From Paecilomyces variotii (Eukaryota), in assembly GCA_004022145.1 (NCBI GenBank), contig RCNU01000002.1: DNA of 64,000 nt. One strand, given 5' to 3'. Shown in pieces: positions 26,166-38,373 of the stretch. Below the pieces are notes generated by a model. It was not told where the DNA came from. It was given only the letters and a program-made list of their open reading frames with translations, and did no database searches. The position numbers were made by a program, and so were the translations under genes. Position 1 is the first letter of the stretch. Every line of letters begins with the position of its first letter.

Positions 26166-27820
26166 CTACAATTTGGACGCCAACTGCCGTCCACGACCTC
26201 GAGCAACAGCCCGAGCATACGGATGCGAGCGAGAACCTGGTACCAGATGGTCTACGTCGCCCGTGTTGAGCAGATCTGGAGTGGCTTGGTCAAGGCTTGT
26301 GATACCCGTGTTTCTCATGGCAGTTTCAAGCTCATCGCGCATAACTGTTCGATCGTTAGCCAAGAGTCTCAGGAAGAACGCAACATGAGGACATACTATC
26401 TATCAAGTGCTCGACACCTTCCTGGCCATAGTTCGTGGCGAAGAGCATACTGCGCCCCATACCGACAGCAGTGGCCCCGAGACAGACGGCCTTCAGGATG
26501 TCTGTACCACGTCGGATGCCGCTGTCGACGTAGACCTCCATCCTGTCAAAGATCTCAGGGCAACGCTTGTGAAGCTCCAGGAGGGTGATGATGGACGGTG
26601 GACTGGTGTCCAGGTTCCGGCCACCGTGGTTACTGATGAGGATACCGTCCAAGCCGGCCTCCATAGCTAGGATGGCATCGTCGGCCGACATGACGCCCTT
26701 CAGACAGACGGGTAGATGCGTGTGTTCTCTGACCCAGACCAAGTCTGCCCATGTCAGGCCAGGATCGATGAAACCAGCCATCACGCGTCCCAAACCGCCG
26801 CCCTTCTTGTCGTTGGATGCTTTTGCCGGTGCCATTGGTACCGACAGACTCTCATCAGCCTTTACACGTTCATCTGCTTCACGTTTGCCTGGCCAAGCAG
26901 CGTCCACCGTGACGAAGATCGCCTTGATGTTGGGATTGTTCGAGCACTGACGGAGCAGCGCTGCGGACTTCTGTCGATCTCTGTTTACATATAACTGAAA
27001 GAAGAAATTTCCAGATGGAGCAGCCGCGGCTAGTTCTTCCATGTTGTATGAGGAGTTGTTCGATATCTAATACCCCCACAGTAAGCTGACTGCCTTCTCA
27101 GAGACTTGCGACTGGTGAGAACTTACTCCTTGCATGATACCTTTACTCTGACATGCTCTTCCAATGGCACATTCTCCGTCAGGGTGAATCAGTTTCGCCA
27201 TAGCTGCGGGTGACACAAACAGAGGAAGACTGCTGTCAATCCCGAGAATCTTCGTTCGCGTATCGACGGAGCGCACGTTACGCAGGACCCGAGGGCGAAA
27301 CCAGATCCGATCAAAGCAAGACTTGTTAGCATCTCTAGTGATGAGGTCCGTCGCTGCACTGGAATAAAAGGCCCATGTCTTCTTGGTAGCTGTCTTCGAG
27401 GCGACGAGCTCGAAATCATGCGAATTGATCAAGGTTTCCAGCGGTGGCTTTTCATTGTCCAGCACCACCTTTGGGTTTTCTGTTGGAGGTTGTTTAACCC
27501 ACTCTTCATCGATAGTGGAAGCATCCAGAGTGCCCTTCAACTTGTCTGGATTTAGGTTATCCCTCAGAACGTTGGGGGCATGGATCTCGGAATAGGCCTT
27601 GGTGGCATCGCGGCCCGCGTACTTCAAAATAACTGTTCACATGCTTAGTGGGTACAGATGGAAGGATTCACGAGGTATTATTCTCACTAGCAGATCCTCC
27701 AGGATGCTCTTCAAGAAAGTCTGTCACATCCCAAACTTGACCGTCTACCACAATCCAACAATCTGCAGGAGTGGCATGCTGCGAGACTTCCTGCGCAGAT
27801 ACCAGCTTTGACTGAGCCAT
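26166..27820 (-). CDS. Flavocytochrome b2-like L-alpha-hydroxy acid dehydrogenase (cyt b5 + FMN domains) with C-terminal PTS1, 4 exons
   Basis: MAQSKLVSAQEVSQHATPADCWIVVDGQVWDVTDFLEEHPGGS (b5 heme HPGG), then FQLY, TVDA, LKG, ISNHGGRNLD and DSGIRRGTD. Ends GRQLASKL-stop. Confidence 0.93.
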
Positions 27821-28901
27821 CTCTGTTGAGATGGCAAGCTAATGAGATCGAAAGCACTCCAGGACAGTATTCGAAAACCCCCTGGCTAAAGTCAGGCTTG
27901 TCGGTGTCCAAGGTAATGCTTAGTACCTGCTGCTTTTCCTGGAAACCAGTTCCAAATCTCGCGGCAACAAAGAACCAGCCGAGAAAGCAAGACACGTGTG
28001 CCTGTAGCTTTATAGAACGAGCGGAGATTCCGCCGTCTCGCGCGAGAAAATGCAAAGCCGTTGATTATAACGGATGGATCGCAACGTCCCTGCTAGAGAG
28101 ATGATATGACGGCCAATGAAGCGACATGTATTTATTAAGTTCGGATCACCCCCGTGTCTGGACTCCGTAGCTGTGCCCATTTCTCAACTTCCATTCGCCC
28201 AGCCAGCACACCGCTTTCATAGGCGCATCGAGACGGACAACATTGAAAAAGGCGGAGAGAGACAGACAATTCGCCATTTCGCCGGGATTTTCATTATCTA
28301 CAAGCGGGGCTCCCGCATTCTAGATCTAAAGATAGCTAGCCTTTTGTGGGACTGTGAGGCAGAATCATCATGGGCTTTTAAAGGTATATCAAAGAAAATG
28401 TTCGAATCGATATGTATCTTAAACATCAGTTACTTTAATCACTGACTATCATGACGGGTTTGCTGCTTACAAGAAAACGGATAATTACCACTCGTATTGT
28501 AATTGCCTCGGGCACAGAGTCGGCGCATCCCCGAACGCCGGCAGCGGACTTGTATGCGAGTGCTTAGCCACATGTGGATAAGCAACATGTGGCGGGAACA
28601 TGTGGCTTGAACACCGTCGAATTAGCCGTAATTATGTCAGACTCGCTTTCCCTACAACATAGGTGGATATACATGACTGGATGCAGGATATCTATACCTA
28701 CTAATGCAGTTTCTCGTTGCCAGGAACAGTATTTTGAGGAGACCTTGGATTAAACCCGCATCTCCCGTTTCCTGCTTAGGGTCCACAAAATCTGTCTGTG
28801 GATTATCCTCGGCCTTGAAGCATAACAAGACTGGAGTTCGTTTGAATATCCGAGGTTTTTCTTCTTTTTCGCACCTGCAAACTAGTGCTTCTGACTCAAA
28901 G

Positions 28902-30068
28902 ATGAGTGAAACAACAAAGACGTTGAGATATGTCGATGTAGGTTGATACGAATTCCTACTGTATGCTTTCTGTAACATGTAACTGACTGCGATCTCAGAT
29001 TGGCATCAACCTTGGTGACCCTGTCTTCAGGGGCAGCTATAATGGCAAGCAAGTCCATGATGATGATCTAGCAGACATCATACAGCGCGCTCGTGAAGCT
29101 GGCTGCGAGAAGTTCATGGTGACTGGATCGGACCTGGAAGAATCGCGGCATGCTGTACAACTTGCTCGTGATTATCGTACGTCTATTCCGCCAAACTGGG
29201 TTGAGAAGGCGTCTCTAACATTTGTTTCCTTTAGCTGGGTTATGCTACGGTACTGTTGGAGTGCACCCCTGTCAGGCAAACCACTTCGACAAGCACCCAG
29301 GTGGCCCCTCAAAGTTGCTGGAAGAGCTGAAAGCCCTCGCCCTGGAAGCTAAAGAATCAGGTCTTGCCGTCGCTTTTGGTGAAATTGGACTCGACTATGA
29401 CCGACTCTTCTTGAGCGCAAAAGAACCGCAACTGAAGTACTTTGAGGCACAACTAGATCTGGCTGTCGAGATCCAACTTCCGCTTTTCCTCCACTCGCGA
29501 GCGGCCAGTGAGGACTTCGAACGATTGCTTGCCTCTAGACTCGACAAATTGCCAAAGAAGGGCCTCGTTCACAGTTTTACGGGCACGGTGGAGGAGATGC
29601 AGAGGTTGGTTGCAATGGGTCTCGATATCGGTGTCAACGGATGTAGTATGAAGACGGAAGAAAATCTGGAAGTCGTAAAGGCGATTCCGTTGGAGAGAAT
29701 ACAGATAGAGACTGATGGTCCCTGGGTAAGTACGGAGAAATCTGACATGGGAACTCTTTTGGCTGACAAGGTCCAGTGTGAGATTCGACCCTCACACGCC
29801 TCAGCGAAGTACCTACAAGGGGCCCCGGAGCTACCCAAGGCGGTTAAGAAGGAGAAGTTTCAGAAGGGATGCATGGTGAAGGGCAGAAATGAGCCTGTCG
29901 CCATCAGTCATGTTGCGCAAGTTATTGCCAACGTGAAGGGGATTTCAGTCGAGGAGGTCTGCGAAACGTAAGTCCCCAGTTTTCGAACGTTCTAAGGTCG
30001 TGACTGACATATCCAGTGCGTGGAATAACTCGATAAAGATGTTCGGATTGGGCGTCAAGTCCTCATAA
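28902..30068 (+). CDS. TatD family deoxyribonuclease (TATDN1-like), 5 exons
   Basis: MSETTKTLRYVD/IGINLGDPVFRG, YGTVGVHPC, AFGEIGLDYDR, LPLFLHSR, GLVHSFTG, IETDGPW and KGRNEP. Last exon ends GLGVKSS-TAA at 30068. Confidence 0.93.
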
Positions 30069-31280
30069 GCCGTGACAATATACGACACGGTTTTAGACTA
30101 GTTGTTTAGTGTTGGTTTTTAGAAGCATTATAGAGAAGACATACGTTCACGAAACGACGCAACTTCCTCGACAACGGATTTGGACGCCTATTGAGGACCC
30201 TCATTCATACACATGGCTTTAACAACTAGGCCCCGGGTGCTTTTTCCTTGGTCGCATCTGCATGTTGTGATTGACCAGCGGGTCTAGACTACCTTTTCCG
30301 GAATAAAACGTGCTAACATGACACCGGAGATCTTTACCGTATCTATACTCTACTACATGAGCATGTAGTTAGTTAGTTATAAGCATATGTTTCAACAGCC
30401 ACAATATTAACCTACACCAATCTCATAGTCGAAGAAAACTGCTCATCACCTAACTGGCTAGCGATCCCTGCAGTTTTCTCTAGGTGATGCACGTGATGAT
30501 TGGCTCTATGTATGTACCTTGCAAACACGACCGATTTCAAACCCAATTCAAGACATGTTTTTCTTTTCTTTTATATTTAGTGTTAGAGGTCCAGGTAGAG
30601 TATCGTATCGCCAACTAGGAGTTCTCCTTTTTGGTCGAGTGGCAGAAAGCCGATATTTAGTGCTTATTATTTTCTCGTATACAACGTTGCCTGTCGTTGC
30701 ATAAGCGCTTGTTGATACCGCCTAAGTATAGACATTGACTGTGCCGCAGCCACCTTCAAAAAACCGTTGTCAAACTACCTAGCCACATGATCGTATGTTG
30801 CACCTATCAGATCAGTTACATCTCAAGAGAAAGACTACAGTACTAAACTACAAACCCCTCATTTGGGAATCGATTCCTGAACTCTAGACAGGAGATGGAG
30901 ATGGGAGGACGATGGGGGAGCGATCCCCACAATCGGCCTAGTAGAGCGACATGAGCCATTGTCAATGGTTACTAGCATTTAAGCTTGAGTGACATCGTGG
31001 GTGTGAGTGCATTATTATTGTAACCTCGTATCCATGCTGACGAAGGCTACGATATGGGGTTTTGACTGATATGTAGGTATGTAACCTGCCGCCGCTATTC
31101 ATTCCGCGCATTGGGGGCTGAAAATTAATATATGAACGCAAACTCTTGACGAGAGGATAAAATGCGATCCGATTCTTGTGGTGTATTATTTCTCTCGATA
31201 TTTTCGAAGATTATCCCCGTCTGAGGCAGGGAATAATACTCATTTCTTATCATATTTCTAACAATATCGAGAATAAAAAA

Positions 31281-33463
31281 ATGGAGGAAGCCGACATAGT
31301 GGTAGCCGGTGGTAAGTCCAAACAAACACAGAACAACAGATTGGATCCCATTCCCGTTCATCATTTAACATATATGGAGGTCGAACTGTTCTGATCCAGA
31401 TATGACAATGTAGGAGGAACCACCGGCCTCATAGTCGCATGTCGACTCGCAAAAGCAGATCCAACACTCTCGATCGTCGTTCTCGAATCTGGCATCGAAA
31501 CAAGGAATAACCCTCTCATCGTCAATCCTGCCATGTATATACATAACCTCTTTCCCCCATCAAAAACAGCAGCGTTCTACAAATCTCGAGCAAGAGAAGA
31601 ACTAGGTGGAAGAGAGCTCGTCATCGTAGCAGGAGGATGTCTAGGTGGTGGAAGCTCGATAAACCTTATGGTATATTCCAGAGCGCAGATGATTGATTTT
31701 GATGATTGGGGGGCAGACGGTTGGAGGGGGAAAGATATGCTTCCTTTTCTGAGAAATGTGCGTGAGATATATTTATATATATAGTTTTTTTTTTTTTTTT
31801 CTTTCTGTGTTTTCATTCTTGTTTGCTGACGCTGGATCAGTATGAACGGTTTCAAGACACGAATCCCGGAATCGATAAATCGGTGCATGGCTATGAGGGT
31901 GAAATTAGCGTGTCCGCCGGCACGTACGCGCAGAGACCGTTCCAGGAGGATTTTTTGCAAGCGTGCAAGCAACTTGGAATCCCAGAGACGGTCGATGTGC
32001 AGGATTTGAGGACGTCGAATGCTGTAGGGGTATGTTCTTACTTTCCTTTCACCCAGCTCTTCACCGGTGCTACTATTTAGTGAAGCAGCTAACTTTATTA
32101 TTGTCTTATACAGAGATGGAACAAGTATATCGACCAGGACACGGGGTTAAGGCAAGACGTCCCTCATCGAATGCTCTACCCAATTCTCGACGCAAAAGAT
32201 ACCGGTCTTCGAGTCCTGACCGAATCAAGAGTCGATCGTATATTATTTGAGGGCCACAAAGCTGTTGGGGTGAAGTACCGACATGGCACAACTGATAAAG
32301 AAATCCGCGCTCGACGACTCGTCGTCCTTGCCAGCGGTGCATTAGGCACACCGCAAATCCTGGAAAGGTCTGGTATCGGTGGCAAAGAACTACTTGACAA
32401 GCTGGGGATACCACTAATATCTGACCTCCCCGGAGTCGGAACGAATTATCAAGACCACAATGCCTTAACCTATCCGTACAAGTCAAGTGCGAGCGCGGAG
32501 GAAACTCTGGACGGCATAGTCAGCGGTCGTCTCGGTCTCGAGGAGGCCCTAGAGAAGAAAAACGCCGCTCCTCGACGACACATCCTTGGGTGGAACGGCT
32601 TCGACTGCGTGGGAAAGCTTCGACCCACGGACGAAGAAGCAGAGTCTTTCCCAGAGTGTCTGAAGACCCTTTGGGAGAAAGACTTCAAGCCCCGTGCTGA
32701 GCGTCCGCTCCTGCTCATGTCCTCGCTGGCAGTATACTTTGGAGATCATTCCAATCTCGGAGAGTCCCAACACTTCAGCCTGGGTCCCTATACCCCTTAC
32801 CCATACTCGCGTGGCTCCGTCCACATCACTGATCGCAATCCGCTCACTCCTCCGGAGTTTGATTGTGGATTTTTCGACAATCCTGCAGACTTGGAGAAGC
32901 TCGTGTGGGGGTATAAGAAACAGAGGGAAATTGCACGTCGGATGGCGCATTATCGAGGACCTCTTCAAACGGGACATCCTTCGTTTCCCGCCGGCTCGAA
33001 AGCCGGATTCGATGCTATCGACGAGGCCTCGAGAGAACAAGGACATGCTGTTCCGATCACGTACTCTGAAGAAGACAACGAGGCAATAAGAGCCTTCCTT
33101 AGAAATAACATCTCAACGACGTGGCATAGTATGGGTACGTGTGCGATGAAGCCGCGAGAGGAGAGAGGTGTCGTTGATAAAGATTTGGATGTCTATGGTG
33201 TGGAACAGTTAAAGATCGCCGGTAAGTTTTCTTTCTTTTAATACGCCTCTATCCTAGTTCCTTGATCGTTTTAAGGAAACAATTTCGCCAGGCTAATGTA
33301 CGATTTGATAGATCTTTCTATCTGCCCTAGTAATGTGTCCGCGAATACGTACTCTACTGCTCTTGCGGTCGGTGAGAAAGCTGCGTCCATCATCGCAAAA
33401 GCGTTGGGCATTCCCTACTCACTTGAGCCGGGTCCACTGGATCCTGGGGTGGCACATCCTTGA
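31281..33463 (+). CDS. GMC oxidoreductase, intracellular alcohol oxidase-like, 5 exons
   Basis: MEEADIVVAG/GGTTG (FAD GxGxxG split by intron 31312-31413), GGCLGGGSSINLMVYSRA, SGALGTPQILERSGIG, PGVGTNYQDH. Catalytic TTWHSMGTC and VSANTYSTA (His/Asn pair). No signal peptide. Confidence 0.92.
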
Positions 33464-33783
33464 GTTTTGTGTCACAGTTGCCTTGATGGCAGCTAGTGTC
33501 CTGAGAGGGAAATGTCGTCTACTACAACCCATAGTGATGGACAGTCTGTGAAAGGGACATCTCTCTACGAGATACCTCGAGTATGTGCGAAAGGACTTTC
33601 AGAGAGATAAAGAAGGCTAATCTCGATCTATTATATTGAGAGAAACTGAGTGACCGCGCTTGTAGACCTTGAATTAGTATAGAGTATAGTTTGTGAAAAA
33701 TCAAGGTGACTGAACATACATTGAGTCTATTGAGAGATTTGTTTATAATCCGTGAAAGAAACTTGCTCATATACAGCTGCTTG

Positions 33784-35643
33784 TCAATGTAGCATGTCTT
33801 CATCAATATCGTCCCAGTACATGGTATCTCGCATATGCTGCTTGTCGAGAGCCATTGTACCGTTCTCTGCCGGTAAAGTTGGTCCTGCATAGAATCTTTC
33901 TAAGTCCTGCTTAATATGACTCAATGAAAGCCCGAAGTGGTCGAAAGAGAGAGGAGATGAAGAAAGTACCGGACCCGGTAGCTGCGATGAGACTATTTGG
34001 CCGCTGGGGTCAAGGATGTCGCTGCTAGAAAGGACGGAGAGATCATCATGGTCTTGATACTCTTCCTCGCCTGACTCATAGTTCTCGCACATTTGGAGCG
34101 TGTCCAAGAGGTCCTCCTCGTATCCCATGTCTTCTTCAAGGGCAGGTGAGCAGAGATCTTCTTCGAGCATCGACGTCAAATTATCATCTTCGCACTCTTC
34201 ATCGTCAAGTAGGTCATTATCCGAGTTGACATCGTCTTCGAGGATGCTGTCATCGCCCGCAAATAGGCTCTCAAAGACTGGAGAATTTATTCTGTTGACA
34301 CTTGCAAAGCCACGCATTTTGCGAGCGGCCTTCACACGATAGACACCTTTTTGCGCAATTTTCCAAAGCAGAGACTTGAGCATTGCCTTTCCATTCGGTA
34401 CTTCATCAATATCGAGGTCTGTCCCGTGGTGCGATGCATAATGTCCCTGGAGAGAAGACAGTCTCTGCGAAGAAGTCAATATGTCGACAGTTTCGATTAT
34501 CGAGGACATTGCCTTGGCGATTACTGGAATAAAACATGCTCTTTGTTGCATGGCCTTTGGAAGCAGAAGCGTCAGTAAGCTATTACTTTCTTCCCTGAGA
34601 AGTAATTCAGACTTACCTCGCGGTATCCCGGAGAGAAGACAGTAGGAGCAACGTCTGAAAGCTTGTATATAGTTTCTTCCTTGATACTCTCGACACCAAC
34701 AGTAGATTTCGAATGAGTCGTCGCAAAAATATCATCAAGGCAAACTCCAAGGAGCCTGTGGAACCCAACCCTGCTTCCACTGGAATTGAAATTATCTTCT
34801 GTATTACCATAACCCGTAGCATAGTATTTAAATTGCATCCCAGAACTTTGAAAATGGCGTCCAAGTGATTCGAACTGTAATTGAAAAGGAGCCGGTCGGA
34901 TCTCTGATTTACTAGGGGGGAATGAAGGATCATATCCTAGAATGGGGCAGCTCTGGAGCGCTTCATCGCAGGGTAAGTCAGACCTTGGTTGAATGACGCA
35001 GAGCGCTACCGTGCCAGTTCCAATGATTGACCGTGCGATAGTAGGCGTATTATGTTTCCCATTGGATGAATGAAAGTTGAGAGATAGGTGCACTTCAGAA
35101 AGAGTAACCCTCGGGATAGCTGGAGGAGGTTGAGCGGTAGCACGGAAAAGACCCAGGAGTTGATGGGGTACACGCCGTACTGCTGTAGCAAGGGAATTCT
35201 CCTGTATGTTGAATGCCATGCTCAAATCTGTTGCGACATCTGGGTCCAGTACATCCTCGCAACTCTTTATTGCGACCGTAAGGCCAAGATCGTGCCAAAC
35301 CTGGAATGGCTTTTCAGTAATTGAGAAATCCTCTAAAAACTCTCAGTCAGACCTTTTCATACTGAAACATCTCAGATACCAGCTTCAAGTAAGAAGACGC
35401 ATGGCTTTGAGAATCTCTGTTCCCCTGCACATGGACACGCAGTATGAGTTCTGGTGCCGGAGCTACCCAGCATTGTCTAGACTTGAGAATCTCTCCAAGT
35501 CTGTCAGAGTCAGATGAGATAGGGGAGTTTTCCGGTATGATGAACTTGGTGAAAACATATGATGTCAGTCTCAAATCTGAATCTAATAGACGCAACGTGC
35601 TGGACCCAAGATCCAAGACAGTAGACGTTCCTGCAGTCGCCAT
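33784..35643 (-). CDS. Hypothetical protein with acidic C-terminal region, ~3 exons
   Basis: Three minus-strand ORFs (35347-35643, 34572-35225, 33784-34551) can be joined by GT-AG introns near 35313-35357 and 34560-34614. No recognised domain; start codon uncertain. Confidence 0.65.
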
Positions 35644-36433
35644 CGATAGTACGCATCAAGAGCATATCATCTCCAGAAGATAGACCAGTATCCTGGAATA
35701 TTATCGTGTCCAATTTATGCCCATCACGAGTGGAGAATGACGGACATTGATAAATTAGGTACCTGAGGCAGTGGAGCAGGAGACAGCTTTCTCAAAAAGG
35801 GAAGCGCTACAGCATATAACCCGTTGGCATAAACAAACCCACCAAGAACACCGGCCAGAGAGACACGAAACAGACAATAATTGAGAATCCACAGCAAGAC
35901 TTGGAAGGAAGTAAACTAAATATGGTCTATCTGACTGTAAAGGGAGGGGCTTGAGGAGGTTCCTCAAGGGATGGGTATGCGACCGAGTACTCAAGACCAG
36001 CTAGAGGTCAGTCATTCCTACTTATCAGACAACGAGAGTCATTGAGCTAGTAATTTATCGGGGAATATAACATCTTTGGAAAAGGAAGAGACAGGTATAT
36101 AGGTAGGTAGTTAGTAGTGTCGGTCCGTTCTTCATCTATGTTTCTCTATGAAACACCATACTCGTATGTCGACTAGAGAGTATCTCAACCTTAAGGCCAC
36201 AGGTGCTCGCTGTTCTATCTTTCATTCTCTCGACAAGACTGCACGCGACCGACGGTCTACTTAATATTTGACGAAGCGATAGAATTGATCATCAGGGGGA
36301 AAGGGAATCCATCTCGCTCAGGCCACCAAGAGGCCGATACGGATCACGTGAAATCGCAGCTCTACTGATAGACCGTCGTAAGCTAACTGGACACGATGGC
36401 CTAGATGGAACATCATGAATCCAACAATTAGCT

Positions 36434-38373
36434 ATGCCAAGCGATGACAGACTCAATGCTCGCCTGACCGAGCAGAGGGGCCATGATGAGGAGGAAGCTC
36501 GCTCCCTCCTCTCTGCATCTTCTAATGACGAGGACGACCTCGTAGTCCATCCTGGGCCCGCCAATCCTCCGTCTACTCGCTCCGCACCCCCCAAGCGCCA
36601 GCCCTCGATCACTCGACCGCTTCCAGATGGTCAGCGGCGCACACCTCGAACGCCAAATCGCGTGCGATTCGATCTCGATGAACAAGAGCAGGAGGAAGAA
36701 CGGTCGTCTAACGGCCGTCTTCTCCCTTCCGAGGATGGGTCATGGATGGACGAGGAGGATTACCTTCGAGTTGGGAATCGAGAGACACGAAGCAGTACTG
36801 GTCAGAGAGCACCACTGCTTACCGGCATAGAAGCCCCAAGTGTGACGGTTGCAACGTCGGAAGAATTCTTTCCTGAGGAACATCTGGAGAGTGCTAGACC
36901 ACGAAGTGGCCTGCGGATGGCGTTCATGAACATGGCAAACAGTATTATAGGCGCCGGGATCATTGGGCAACCGTATGCTTTTCGCCAAGCAGGACTGGCA
37001 ATGGGCATTGTATTGCTTGTTGGACTGACGATTACCGTGGACTGGACTATCCGACTGATAGTCGTCAACTCCAAATTGAGTGGAGCGGATTCGTTTCAGG
37101 CAACCGTGCAACATTGCTTCGGGAGAAGCGGCCTCATTGCAATTTCAATTGCGCAATGGGCATTCGCTTTCGGTGGCATGATTGCGTTTTGTATCATTGT
37201 TGGAGACACCATTCCGCATGTTTTAAGCGCCTTGTTCCCATCTCTTCAGGAGATGCCTTTCCTATGGCTGCTCACGGATAGACGATTCGTAATTATGCTT
37301 TTTGTGCTGGGTATCTCGTATCCCCTATCCTTGTATAGGGACATAGCGAAGGTAAAATCTCCACATAATATTGTGGCGAAGATACTGACGGCGTTCAGCT
37401 CGCAAAAGCTTCAACATTGGCCCTGATCAGCATGGCGGTAATCGTGATCACGGTGATTACCCAAGGCTTTCGCGTACCTCCTGAGTCCAGAGGGGACTTC
37501 AAGGGTCTTATATTTGTTAACTCAGGCTTCTTCCAAGCTGTTGGCGTTATCTCCTTCGGTATGTTCTCCAGCGGGCATTGACGAGACTATATGCTGACTA
37601 GTCGTAGCGTTTGTTTGCCGTATGTCAATGATACCCAATTCTCTACAATATCTGACCTCTACGCAGATCATAATAGCCTTTTGATATACGGATCCCTCAA
37701 AAAGCCGACACTGGATCGTTTCACCCTTGTGACGCATTATTCGACCGGAGTCTCTATGTTAATGTGCCTAGCGATGGCGTTGGCAGGGTTCTTGTCTTTC
37801 GGGTCAAAGACTCAAGGGAACGTTCTGAACAATTTCCCGTCAGACAACATCATGGTAAATGTGGCACGGCTGTAGGTGTCCCCCGAGTGCCTGGATTGCG
37901 GCTGTAGAACTGATCCGTGTAGTTGCTTCGGCCTGAACATGCTTACTACTTTACCATTGGAGGCCTTCGTTTGTCGTGAGGTTATGATGACTTATTATTT
38001 TCCCGACGAACCCTTCAACCCAAGCCGTCACTTGATATTTACGTCCGCATTGGTTGTTAGCTCTATGGGCTTAGCTTTGATTACCTGTGACTTGGGGGCC
38101 GTATTTGAACTCATCGGAGCTACTAGCGCTTGTGCGCTGGCGTACATTCTGCCGCCACTCTGTTACATCAAACTGAGCCAATCTAGCTGGAGGGCCAAGC
38201 TTCCAGCCTACCTTTGCATAGCGTTTGGCACTGTGGTGATGGGTATCAGTCTCCTCCAGGCTGTAGCCAAAATGATTAGAAGTATGTTCCCTCGGCATCT
38301 TCTGAACTTTGAACTTACTGATTAATCTTTTCCTGCAGACGAGGGTGGAGTCAGCACCTGTTCGACTTCTTAA
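36434..38373 (+). CDS. Vacuolar amino acid transporter, AAAP/SLC38 family (Avt2-like), multi-exon
   Basis: AFMNMANSIIGAGIIGQPYA, PLSLYRDIAK, GVISFAFVCHHNS, TQGNVLNNFP and LAYILPPLCY, with multiple TM helices and an acidic cytosolic N-terminus. Last exon ends STCSTS-TAA at 38373. Confidence 0.92.

Noticed and set aside
29725..29776. TatD intron that also reads through in frame
   Set aside because: Only about 17 codons. Stop-free 3n introns this short are common by chance, and retention would split the conserved GPW-CEI segment.
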